From a virus, in IMG/VR virus record IMGVR_UViG_3300014949_000001: a stretch of DNA of 43,035 bases; one strand, written 5' to 3'. Positions 32,430-40,235 of this stretch are shown here, piece by piece; the stretch's first letter is position 1, and the number at the start of each line of letters is the position of its first letter. Both the position numbers and the translations under genes were made by a program. The notes under the pieces are model-generated. The model did not search any database and was not told the DNA's origin. It was given only the letters and a program-made list of their open reading frames with translations.

Positions 32430-34544
32430 TCAGACGGGAGCATTTGCTCCCATGGTCTGCCCGGAATCACGCGCAGCGTCCTGCTGCGCTCTCTGGATGA
32501 CGGCCTGTGCGGTCTGCATGTCCAGCCCGCCATTCTGCTGCCGCTGCATCTGCGCCTGCTGCATCTGCTGCTGTGCCATCTGCATCTGCATGGCCATCTG
32601 CTGCTGCAGCTGCTGTTTGTGCAGTTCCTCTTCGAGGTATGCCCGCGTCTCTCCGGCTCCCGGATAGTGCAGCAGCTCCATCTTCGTCCAGAACAGGATG
32701 AGCGTCTGAATCTGCGCCGGGTCTCCGAAGGCTCCGGTCTGCAGGTTCATGCGCGTCTCCTGCCACATGGCCTCGCGGTTCGATGCCAGCGGGGCGGAGG
32801 TATCGCAGCTGAAGAGGAACTGATCGTTCCAGCACCACTCTCCCGCCGCGTCCTGTTCAAGGAAGTCATAGCGGTTGAACGTCTCGTACTGTGCGTTGCC
32901 GTGGATGTCGTTGGACACCACCGGCCTCGGCTCGTCCGTGTACGCCAGCTTGAACTTGAACATGGCCTCGAACAGCGCCGCATACGCCGCGTCTTTCATC
33001 ACGCGCTTGCTTTCCAGTCTGCCAGCACTCTGCGCCGCCGCGAACTCCTTTGCCTTGCCGCTGGTGGCCGTGCGGTCTGTCCGCCCCTGAAAGCTGTCCG
33101 TGATGCCGATGATCTGGCGTGCCTCTTCGTATACCTGCGACAGGTACACCATGTCCTGCTCCACGTTGCCCTGCAGGTCGTATACGTCGATCAGCGCTTT
33201 GGTGGCCGCATTGCCCGGTCGGATGACCTTCATGTCCTCCGCGTCCACGCGGATGCTGGCCTCGTCCGGCAGCGTGATGTAACTGCCCGATTTCAGCAGC
33301 TTGTCGATGATCTTGCTCTCGATGCGGTTGGTGGTGTTCTGCTGGTCAGCGATCTTGTCAATATCGCTGTCTCCCAAGAACCTGCCGTACACGCTCACGT
33401 TCTTCTGCAGGATGACCGGGAAGATGTCTGGCTTGTAGAACGGCACCTTCGTCGGCTCCTCGATGATCTCCACCACCGGCAGCCCCAGCTCGTCCGTCTC
33501 CGTGTCGGATGCCGCCTCTCGGCGCACCATGCCGCCGATGGTGCTGCCGTCGCTTCTGGTGACGGCCACAGGGATTTCCTCGAACTCTTCCTCGGTCTCC
33601 TCCCACTTGCTTCCGCCGCAGTACGGGCATTTTTTCCGCCCGCCCCGCAGCGGCAGCGGCCTCGTCTCTCTTGCAAGCGCATCCGCCGCCGCGTCAAAGT
33701 CCACCTCCGCCGCCGTGCTCATGCCGTTCGGCAGTAGGATGTCCGGCGCGTCCATCTCCGGCTCTGTCAGCAGCGGCTCCACCGCGCCGCACTTCACGCA
33801 CCTGCGCAGCCGCCTCGCCTGATAGTCTTCAAGGTCTTCCAGCTGCGTGTCGTTCACCCAGCTATAAAGACCGATGCCTCCCTTGTCGTTGCGGTAGTAT
33901 GCGATGTACTGCGTCACAAGGTCGTTCGCCGTGGTGTCCCCACCGGTGCCCTTGATGTCCGGCTCTTCCTCGCTCTCGTCTGATACGTCCACATCGTAGC
34001 GCCTGCGGATGTATTCCTTCGTCTGCGGGATTTTGAGGATGATGTAGTCCATGTCCTCGATGCCGGTGTACACGCCGTCCTGCGGGATGATCTGCTTCGG
34101 GTGAAGCGTGGATACCGCCAGCTCCCCAATGGTGAAGTGCGTCCGCTGCGTGTTGTCCCACTCCACCAGAAACGCCGCGCCGCCCTGAATGGGCACCGTC
34201 CGCTCCATGATGTCGTTGAGCTGTTCAAACGGCATTCTGTCAAGCTCGTTGCGCAGCATGTCCTCGATGAGCTTTGCTTTCATCTCGTCCTGCTTGCGTC
34301 TGGCCGTCACCTTCGGCTGCGGAATGTTGCTGTCTGTCTGCGCCTCGATGATCTCCGCGCAGATATTGCGCACATGCACGGCCTTCGTCTTCCGCTCGCC
34401 CTGCACGATAGGCCGCATCTCGTTCGTCCCGGCATACAGCGCCTCCCGCTCGTCCATGCGGCTGGTCTCGCCGTCGTATGCCGCTTCGTTGGTCTTCAGC
34501 CTGTCCTGCCAAAGCCGCAGCTTGTTCTTGTCCTGTTTCTTCAT
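32430..34544 (-). CDS. Portal protein (with CxxC...CxxC insertion and Q/M-rich C-terminal tail)
   Basis: 704 aa, immediately downstream of the large terminase, RBS AGGAGG. Confidence 0.8.
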   Translation of the reverse strand: MKKQDKNKLRLWQDRLKTNEAAYDGETSRMDEREALYAGTNEMRPIVQGERKTKAVHVRNICAEIIEAQTDSNIPQPKVTARRKQDEMKAKLIEDMLRNELDRMPFEQLNDIMERTVPIQGGAAFLVEWDNTQRTHFTIGELAVSTLHPKQIIPQDGVYTGIEDMDYIILKIPQTKEYIRRRYDVDVSDESEEEPDIKGTGGDTTANDLVTQYIAYYRNDKGGIGLYSWVNDTQLEDLEDYQARRLRRCVKCGAVEPLLTEPEMDAPDILLPNGMSTAAEVDFDAAADALARETRPLPLRGGRKKCPYCGGSKWEETEEEFEEIPVAVTRSDGSTIGGMVRREAASDTETDELGLPVVEIIEEPTKVPFYKPDIFPVILQKNVSVYGRFLGDSDIDKIADQQNTTNRIESKIIDKLLKSGSYITLPDEASIRVDAEDMKVIRPGNAATKALIDVYDLQGNVEQDMVYLSQVYEEARQIIGITDSFQGRTDRTATSGKAKEFAAAQSAGRLESKRVMKDAAYAALFEAMFKFKLAYTDEPRPVVSNDIHGNAQYETFNRYDFLEQDAAGEWCWNDQFLFSCDTSAPLASNREAMWQETRMNLQTGAFGDPAQIQTLILFWTKMELLHYPGAGETRAYLEEELHKQQLQQQMAMQMQMAQQQMQQAQMQRQQNGGLDMQTAQAVIQRAQQDAARDSGQTMGANAPV

Positions 34545-34556
34545 AGCGTCCTCCTG

Positions 34557-36074
34557 TTATCGCTGCGGATTGCCCCAGCGTTTACGCAGCATCTCCCGCT
34601 CCGTCGGTGATGCGTTCTCATAGTCCTCCCACATGGATGCCGTCCATAGCCGCGCCACCGTTTCCTTCTGTGCGATGTAGCTCTGCTGCGGCCTGATGTA
34701 GTGTGCGATGGCAAGGCTCAGCACGCAGTCATCGTGTGCTCCCAGCTCCGCCTCCGGCTTCAGCGTCTCCGGATTGCGCACGAATGTCAGCATCTCCTGC
34801 AGCGTTGTCTCGTCGTTCACGATGGTGATGTCATCGCGCACCGCCTTGATAAGCTCCGCAAGGATGACCGGCCTCGTCTTCGTGTTGGTGAGAAAGCCAA
34901 AGCTCTGCTTGATCTTGTGCGTGTAATCGTCGATGCTCTCCCGGATGTACTGCTTCGGATACCGCAGCCGCTCCAGCTCCATCACCGGGTAAGTGGAGAA
35001 GTTGGTCTCAATGCCGATGAGCGCCGTGTTGTAGTGCAGCCCCAAGCAGTAGACCTGCCGTGCGAACACATCCTCGTCGAACTTGCCCCGCAGCACCGCC
35101 ACCTGCTCTCCAGTTCTGTTGTCCAGCACCTGCGTCACAAAGCTGTCGCTGCCTTCTCCGGCAGTGTCTCCGCCGATCACATAGGGCACGCCCTTCTCCG
35201 GCTTCTTGTAGACCTTGATGCAGCCGTCCCTCGCGTCCTCCCATCGGATGTCCGTCAGCGTCAGCCCGTCATCCGCGTATGTGAAGAGGCCGGTGCACAC
35301 CGGTTCCTTCAGCTCCTGCAGCCGTCTTCCGATGGCCTTGCCGTTGAATACCGTCTTGCCCGTCACGCCCCACATGCCGAGGCAGTAGACCTGATAGTAA
35401 TATTCGTCCGTCTCCTGAAAGCTCTCCAGCGTCCGTATGGCTGCCGCATCCAGAAAACGGTTGTCCTTGTAGGTGCTCTCGTGCACCCGCGCTCGTTTGT
35501 CCCGCCGGTCAAAAAATCGTTTCTTCAGCCAGTGCTGAATGCTGATCGGGTTGAAGCTCAGGATGATCTGCTGGTACTCCCGCGTCTTTCCGCGCAGTCG
35601 GATGTCAAGCTGGTTGAAGTCTCCCTCCAGCAGCTCGCTGGCCTCTTCAATCCAGATGCCCGTGATGTTGTAGATGGATTTCAGCTTCTCAACGTCATCC
35701 AGTCCCGCAAAGATGATCTCGCTGCCGTTTTGGAAAGAGATGGTCAGGTCTGATTTGTTGGCCTTGTACCCGCTGTCCGGGTAGAACTCCGCCAGCTGTC
35801 CCAAAAGCTGCTTGAAGCAGCTCTCCCGCAGCGTCCTGGCGACCTTCCGGCAAACCAGAAACCGGTGCCCCGGCTCTGTGATGGCCCGCTCCAGAATCTT
35901 TCGTCCCGCGAAGATCGACTTTCCGGAACCGCCGCCGCCCTTCAGAACCAGGTATCTGTGCTCGTCCCAGAACAGCGGCAGGAACGTGCGATTGTTCGTC
36001 TCCCGGAGATTCCGGAACCACAGCGCACATTCGACCTTCAGGTCAAGTTCCTTCTGCGTCTGCTTCTTCGCCAT
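34557..36074 (-). CDS. terL: Terminase large subunit
   Basis: 505 aa. Walker A LVLKGGGGSGKS, an ATPase domain plus a nuclease domain of terminase length. Confidence 0.93.
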   Translation of the reverse strand: MAKKQTQKELDLKVECALWFRNLRETNNRTFLPLFWDEHRYLVLKGGGGSGKSIFAGRKILERAITEPGHRFLVCRKVARTLRESCFKQLLGQLAEFYPDSGYKANKSDLTISFQNGSEIIFAGLDDVEKLKSIYNITGIWIEEASELLEGDFNQLDIRLRGKTREYQQIILSFNPISIQHWLKKRFFDRRDKRARVHESTYKDNRFLDAAAIRTLESFQETDEYYYQVYCLGMWGVTGKTVFNGKAIGRRLQELKEPVCTGLFTYADDGLTLTDIRWEDARDGCIKVYKKPEKGVPYVIGGDTAGEGSDSFVTQVLDNRTGEQVAVLRGKFDEDVFARQVYCLGLHYNTALIGIETNFSTYPVMELERLRYPKQYIRESIDDYTHKIKQSFGFLTNTKTRPVILAELIKAVRDDITIVNDETTLQEMLTFVRNPETLKPEAELGAHDDCVLSLAIAHYIRPQQSYIAQKETVARLWTASMWEDYENASPTEREMLRKRWGNPQR

Positions 36075-36576
36075 CGTCTTCTCGCTCCGTCATAAGCAGC
36101 GCGTCGCGTTCCTCGGCCAGCAGCGCCAGCTTGTCTGCAATGCGCAGCTCACCGGCACCCATCGAGCTGCGCGTCTTTTCGCCCAGCTCAACTTCCTGCT
36201 TCTGCCGCCAGCCGTAGTTGTTCTGCAGATTGAAGATGATACCTTGCAGTCCCTTCTCCCGTGTCAAAAGCTCCTGCTCCAGATACGCTTCAATCCGCGC
36301 TCTGGCTTCGGCTGTCACGTCTGCCAGCTCCGGATGCAGCGCGGGGTCTGCGTAGTTCTGCCAGGTGCTGCGGTCGATGCCCAGCTGCAGGCACAGTCCG
36401 GCGATCGACGGCGGCACGACATACTGCAGAAGCTGAATCTCATCGCCGTCGTCGTTCCGGATGATGCTGCCCGTGTCGTCTCTGGCCGGAATCGTGCGCG
36501 AAATGCTGCGGAAATACCGTTCCGTTTCCTCCCGCAGCTTCTTTCTGGTGTATTTTTTGGGCCTTCCTGCCGCCAT
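36043..36576 (-). CDS. terS: Terminase small subunit (GP3_package-like)
   Basis: 177 aa from the ATG at 36576 (MAAGRPKKYTRKKLREETERYF...PSIAGLCLQLGIDRSTWQNY...IIFNLQNNYGW). RBS GGGAGGTG. The longer track ORF is an N-terminal over-extension. Confidence 0.8.
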   Translation of the reverse strand: MAAGRPKKYTRKKLREETERYFRSISRTIPARDDTGSIIRNDDGDEIQLLQYVVPPSIAGLCLQLGIDRSTWQNYADPALHPELADVTAEARARIEAYLEQELLTREKGLQGIIFNLQNNYGWRQKQEVELGEKTRSSMGAGELRIADKLALLAEERDALLMTEREDDGEEADAEGT

Positions 36577-36742
36577 CTGCGCCACCTCCCGTCCCGGCGC
36601 TCTAAGGTTCCCGCGCGTGCGCACCCGTATGCGTGCGCTTGTCGTGGGGAAAAATTCAAATATACTCTCCGCACCGCTCAAATCCCGCCTAATGCGCGGC
36701 GCCCTCCCGCAGGGTCTTGCTGCAATATCGAGTGCATGCCCC

Positions 36743-36787
36743 GTCACGATGCCATGATACTGGAAAAGTCACGTCACGAAGTGTCAA
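36743..36787 (-). promoter_or_regulatory. Possible late regulatory region upstream of terS (three CGTGAC motifs, TTGACA box)
   Basis: The minus strand reads TTGACActtCGTGACGTGACttttccagTATCATggcatCGTGAC. The TTGACA/TATCAT spacing is 22 nt, which is non-canonical. Confidence 0.25.
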
Positions 36788-36806
36788 CTTTTTCGGCACC
36801 TTGCAC

Positions 36807-36835
36807 AAAAAGCAGGGCTGCACGCCTGCAGTCCC
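36807..36835 (-). terminator. Terminator after the 90-aa gene
   Basis: GGG(A)CTGCA-GGCG-TGCAGCCC hairpin with a 1-nt bulge, followed by TGCTTTTTG on the minus strand. Confidence 0.55.
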
Positions 36836-36852
36836 GCTTTTCGTTGCCCGAA

Positions 36853-37125
36853 TTATAGCTTTTTGGGGAAATCCTCGTAGTACCTTCGCACCATCCGGTG
36901 CAGCGTGGACTTGCTCAGGCAGTGCTTCATGCACACCGCCGTCGCCGTCGCGTCTGTTGTCACGAACTCAAACAGCGCCTGGTAGCTCTCCCCGCCATGT
37001 TCCAGGCACAGGTTGAGGATAACCCGCTGGTCTTCTTCCGGCAGGTCTTTGTAAAGGCGTGAGGTGAAATAGATATACCCCTGCCGGTTGTAGTCTACCT
37101 TCACGCCAGATTTGAAACGGAACAT
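36853..37125 (-). CDS. Hypothetical protein, possible late-gene transcriptional activator (C-terminal HTH-like)
   Basis: 90 aa. ...CMKHCLSKSTLHRMVRRYYEDF. Lies directly upstream of the packaging module, as RinA/ArpU-type activators do. Assignment is weak. Confidence 0.3.
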   Translation of the reverse strand: MFRFKSGVKVDYNRQGYIYFTSRLYKDLPEEDQRVILNLCLEHGGESYQALFEFVTTDATATAVCMKHCLSKSTLHRMVRRYYEDFPKKL

Positions 37126-37160
37126 TCCCTCACGCCCTTTCTCTTACGCCGTCGTCTGTC

Positions 37161-37370
37161 TCATGCGCCTGCGAAGCTCTCGCGGATGACGCCGCCGCGC
37201 ACCCGGAAGCTGACGACGTGGTATCTCCTCAGTGGGTGGATGTACGTCACCGTCCCCGTGAATGGCTTGCGCTCCTTCTTCGGCTGCTTTCTGTCTTTTG
37301 CTTGGACGATCTCCGTCTCCCCGAATGTCTCCGGGATTCTCTGTACGATGTCTCCGATCTTCATGTTCAT
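37161..37370 (-). CDS. Hypothetical protein
   Basis: 69 aa, ATGA overlap with the upstream gene. Confidence 0.5.
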   Translation of the reverse strand: MNMKIGDIVQRIPETFGETEIVQAKDRKQPKKERKPFTGTVTYIHPLRRYHVVSFRVRGGVIRESFAGA

Positions 37371-37801
37371 ATCTCCTTGATCTCGATTCCGTATCTGTCC
37401 TGCATCATCTTCCGCTTGATGATATACTTCTGTGTCCGCGTCGCCCGGCTCTTCACGTCCTCGACGATCTTCTCCCAGCCGGTCTGCGTCTTCCGCTCAT
37501 AGCAGAAGTCCGCGCAGTACCGGATGGCGCGGATGCGTCTTCCGTCCGGCGTGGTGTATGCTTCCTGCAGCGTGAAGTCCTGCTGCAGCCGCAGCTCGCG
37601 GATGAGTCCTGCCTGCAGCATGGCTTGCAGTTCCCGAAACCTTCCGGCCTCCTTCTTGCTGTCAAAGCGGATGCCCTCTGCCATCTCCGGCTCGTTCCGG
37701 TACTTCCTGGCCTTCTGTATCTGCGCTGTTTTGAGCTGAGCGAGTGCCTGCTGCTGCGCACGCAGCGGCAGGTCTTCCAGCCGTATGCCTATTGCCCCCA
37801 C
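37367..37801 (-). CDS. DUF1064-like protein
   Basis: ...KYRNEPEMAEGIRFDSKKEAGRFRELQAMLQAGLIRELRLQ...YCADFCYE...IVEDVKS... The start is uncertain (GTG at 37801 overlaps the Rep stop). The 250-aa track ORF is over-extended. Confidence 0.55.
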   Translation of the reverse strand: MGAIGIRLEDLPLRAQQQALAQLKTAQIQKARKYRNEPEMAEGIRFDSKKEAGRFRELQAMLQAGLIRELRLQQDFTLQEAYTTPDGRRIRAIRYCADFCYERKTQTGWEKIVEDVKSRATRTQKYIIKRKMMQDRYGIEIKEI

Positions 37802-38544
37802 CTCCGTCTCATCTCGAAGTGAATATAAACGCCCTTGTTGACGGCGTTGCGGACATAGCTGATGGATGTCAGCTGGTATTCCGGATACCGCTGCTCCAGC
37901 TGCACCCATGCGTTCTTTTCCTCGATGGCGTCTACCAGGCTTCCCACCTCGTCCATCGTGATCTTCCCGTCGTACTGGGCAGGCTCCGGCTGCACCAGGT
38001 TCCGGCTCTGGTTCCAGTGGCGGAAGAACAGTTTGTCCTTCGCGATATAGTGCGCAAGGCCCGTTACGCCATCCGGCCCGAACTGCAGACGGATGCTGTT
38101 TGCATAGCCGCGTCCCCACAGCTTCTCGATCTCATCGCGGTCGAGTCCGCCGCTGATGATGAGATGGTGGTGGATGCGGTTTGTCTTCTTTCCGTATTCC
38201 GTGCAGCTGATATACTTGAACTCCTTGCCGAGCTTTGTATATCTCCGCTTCAGACGGCGGATGTAATTCTGCAGATCGCGCTGAGCACCTTCTTTTGTCT
38301 CTGGCTCTTCTCCCGGCCGGTAGGTGAGATGCAGAGCGATGTCGTCTTCCGTGAAATTCGTATGTACCAGGCGCGTGAGTCTCTTCTCTGCGTTCTTCTG
38401 GTTAAGTCTTCTCTGAATCTCGCTCGTCGGCTTGCAGCGGCTGCGTCTGCGGCCTGGTTTCTGAAACACCGGATATATGTCCGCGTCCATGTAATTGCCG
38501 CAGACATATACGCTTTCGCGGATGAAGGTGCGCCCCTGATACAT
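37789..38544 (-). CDS. HUH-superfamily rolling-circle replication initiator (Rep)
   Basis: 251 aa carrying all three RCR motifs: I ALHLTY, II RIHHHLIISG, III GLAHYIAKD. RBS GAAGGAGG. Confidence 0.8.
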   Translation of the reverse strand: MYQGRTFIRESVYVCGNYMDADIYPVFQKPGRRRSRCKPTSEIQRRLNQKNAEKRLTRLVHTNFTEDDIALHLTYRPGEEPETKEGAQRDLQNYIRRLKRRYTKLGKEFKYISCTEYGKKTNRIHHHLIISGGLDRDEIEKLWGRGYANSIRLQFGPDGVTGLAHYIAKDKLFFRHWNQSRNLVQPEPAQYDGKITMDEVGSLVDAIEEKNAWVQLEQRYPEYQLTSISYVRNAVNKGVYIHFEMRRRWGQ

Positions 38545-38601
38545 GGCCCTGTGTCCTCCTTCAGAGAATGGTTGCTAAGTTAAGATTGCTTACAAGCCTT
38601 A

Positions 38602-38699
38602 ATTCGCGCGTACGCGCGAATATATAATGTATATGGCCAGCCTGCCATCGTCAGTGCCGGGAGGCTGTCCCCGGCAGACAGGGCGCAGCTGCGCCCTGT
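38602..38699. promoter_or_regulatory. Palindrome cluster in the 415-bp non-coding leader of rep (candidate origin or operator)
   Basis: Perfect 20-bp palindrome ATTCGCGCGTACGCGCGAAT (38602-38621). 7-bp stem TGCCGGG/CCCGGCA (38655-38676). Perfect 22-bp palindrome ACAGGGCGCAGCTGCGCCCTGT (38678-38699). Confidence 0.5.
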
Positions 38700-38958
38700 T
38701 TCGGCTAATGTTCTTTCTGAATGAAGTATCCTCGGCACCAGGCTGGCGGCCTTCCGTCTGCGCAGCCGTCCATTCCCGTCGGAAATAGCTGGGTAATTCT
38801 TCCATAGCAGGTACTTGGCTGCAGCATCCGGATTCCGTCCGGCCTCGGAGGTGTTTGCTCCGCTGCGCCTGCTCGGTACCCGCAGCGAAGCGCCGTCATG
38901 CTGCCCGGCTGCTCTTCGCGGAAGGCCCATGCGCAGCTGCTGCATCCCTGCTTCCTCG

Positions 38959-39132
38959 TCACGCTGGCCCCAGCTTTTCTGTCTCGCACGCTCTGGCAAT
39001 GAGCGTCCATCGCTGCTTCCATGTCATGGCCGCCGCAATGATGGCCCGCAGCCGGTCGACGCCCTCTACCTCGACCGTTCCATACGCCTTGTGCGTCACG
39101 CGCCAGCGATAGTTCTGAGCCTGTTTCTGCAT
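38959..39132 (-). CDS. Hypothetical 57-aa protein
   Basis: MQKQAQNYRWRVTHKAYGTVEVEGVDRLRAIIAAAMTWKQRW... RBS AAAGGAG plus 7 nt. The upstream part of the track ORF overlaps VR2 in another frame and is spurious. Confidence 0.55.
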   Translation of the reverse strand: MQKQAQNYRWRVTHKAYGTVEVEGVDRLRAIIAAAMTWKQRWTLIARACETEKLGPA

Positions 39133-39152
39133 CGTGCGCTCCTTTCTGCGCC

Positions 39153-39180
39153 GATCTGCACGCGCACAGGCGTGCAGATC
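39153..39180 (-). promoter_or_regulatory. GC hairpin 3' of VR2 (second DGR target-recognition hairpin candidate)
   Basis: Perfect 11-bp stem GATCTGCACGC / GCGTGCAGATC with a 6-nt loop, 16 nt past the stop codon. Same geometry and near-identical loop as the VR1 hairpin. Confidence 0.7.
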
Positions 39181-39196
39181 ATAGGTAGATTCCGGA

Positions 39197-39871
39197 TTAA
39201 AGGCAGAAGCCGAAGGCCACGCCAAACGCATAGCTCGCGTAGGTGTAGCCGGCGGAGCCGTTGCTGTAGACACCGCAGAAACGCGTGGAGTCGCTGGCAT
39301 ACGGCGAGCGGAGCCAGTACCACCATGTTCCTCTTCCCGGAACTTCCTTCACGCGGCTGCGTTCCGAGTCAAACAGTTCAAACTGTTCGTCTCCCAGATC
39401 GCCGGGCGCCCACTCAGCCGCCGCCTTTGCGCCGAACATTTCCGTAAACGACGGCAGCCACAGCTTGTCCTGCGTCTGCACTTCTTCGCCGTTGATCTTC
39501 TGCCGGATGGTGCGCGGCACGATCATCGCCTGCAGCTCTTTCGGCAGTCGAGGCAATACATCTTCGTTCAGCCACTTGCGCATCGCGCTGTCCTTCCAGC
39601 CGCCTTTGTTCGTCGCGTGGTCGTTCATTGCGCGCATCTTCTCCATGCAGTCCTTCAGTACAACCATCACGCGGCCTTCCTTCGTGACGTGCACCACCTG
39701 CGCCGTCAGCTGCTCAAACACATCATTCTCATTGTCTGCGTCCGCCTCAAGGCAGATCGGGAACTCGCTGCCGACCTCCAGCATGATTTCCGCCAGGTTC
39801 ATCTGCTCCTGCACGGTCTTCAGCTGCGCCCAGTCCGTCGTGATCGTCGTTCTTTTTGTGATGTCAAACAT
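39197..39871 (-). CDS. DGR target protein 2: standalone lectin-fold-like variable-domain protein (paralogue of the C-terminal domain of target 1)
   Basis: 224 aa with no Ig stalk, signal peptide or TM. ...GGWKDSAMRKWLNEDVLPRLPKEL...KLWLPSFTEMFG...WWYWLRSPYASDSTRFCGVYSNGSAGYTYASYAFGVAFGFCL. The C-terminus is VR2. Confidence 0.85.
   Translation of the reverse strand: MFDITKRTTITTDWAQLKTVQEQMNLAEIMLEVGSEFPICLEADADNENDVFEQLTAQVVHVTKEGRVMVVLKDCMEKMRAMNDHATNKGGWKDSAMRKWLNEDVLPRLPKELQAMIVPRTIRQKINGEEVQTQDKLWLPSFTEMFGAKAAAEWAPGDLGDEQFELFDSERSRVKEVPGRGTWWYWLRSPYASDSTRFCGVYSNGSAGYTYASYAFGVAFGFCL
39203..39310 (-). repeat. DGR variable repeat 2 (VR2), remote from the cassette
   Basis: 39203-39296 aligns gap-free to TR 25148-25241 with 16 mismatches, all at TR coding-strand adenines. 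Homology decays at 39297-39310, where there are 3 non-adenine mismatches. Confidence 0.88.
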
Positions 39872-39895
39872 ATCTTTTCCTCCTGAATCTGTCCG

Positions 39896-40231
39896 TCAGC
39901 CCATCATCTCTGCCAAATCGAGCAGCAGTCCGATGGTCTCGTCGTACTTTGCTTCCAGCCGCAGGGCGCAGTTCTCCATGCTCTCGTCTCCGAACGGGCA
40001 GGCGAAGTGTCTGGCCTCGTCGCAGACCTGCCGCCCACATTCGTTTGCCAGCTCTACGATCTCCCTGGCCCCTTTCAGACGTGTGCGCAGCTTCTGAAAC
40101 TGTTCGATCTTTGCCGGGCTTAGAACCTGATGCTCATACAGCCCCAGCTGCTGCACGAGGTCTTCTTTCTTCTCCGCGCTCCAGTACCCGCTCTTGATGC
40201 CGCTGCAGCGCTCTGCCGTCATAGCCTTCAT
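39896..40231 (-). CDS. Hypothetical protein
   Basis: 111 aa from the ATG at 40231 (MKAMTAERCSGIKSGYW...). The track ORF is over-extended into the upstream gene. Confidence 0.5.
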   Translation of the reverse strand: MKAMTAERCSGIKSGYWSAEKKEDLVQQLGLYEHQVLSPAKIEQFQKLRTRLKGAREIVELANECGRQVCDEARHFACPFGDESMENCALRLEAKYDETIGLLLDLAEMMG

Positions 40232-40235
40232 GCCG

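Noticed and set aside
36577-36747. N-terminal extension of the terS ORF, and similar extensions of 16947-18656, 27457-29499, 37367-38119, 39896-40444, 40955-42046, 41614-42867 and 22683-23216/22949-23482
   Set aside because: The extensions overlap upstream genes or regulatory DNA, lack an RBS and have nonsense composition. Internal starts with strong RBSs fit the operon packing.
36754-36787. TTGACA ... TATCAT as a canonical sigma-70 promoter
   Set aside because: The spacer is 22 nt by my count, outside the functional 16-19 nt range. It is reported only as a possible activator-dependent element.
38580-39022. Track ORFs in the rep leader (38580-38999, 38599-38805, 38705-39022; plus-strand 38815-39447 and 38855-39112)
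   Set aside because: No Shine-Dalgarno sequence lies upstream of any ATG that I checked. Their compositions are Arg/Gly/Cys/Trp-rich, typical of out-of-frame GC-rich DNA. The region was treated as non-coding.
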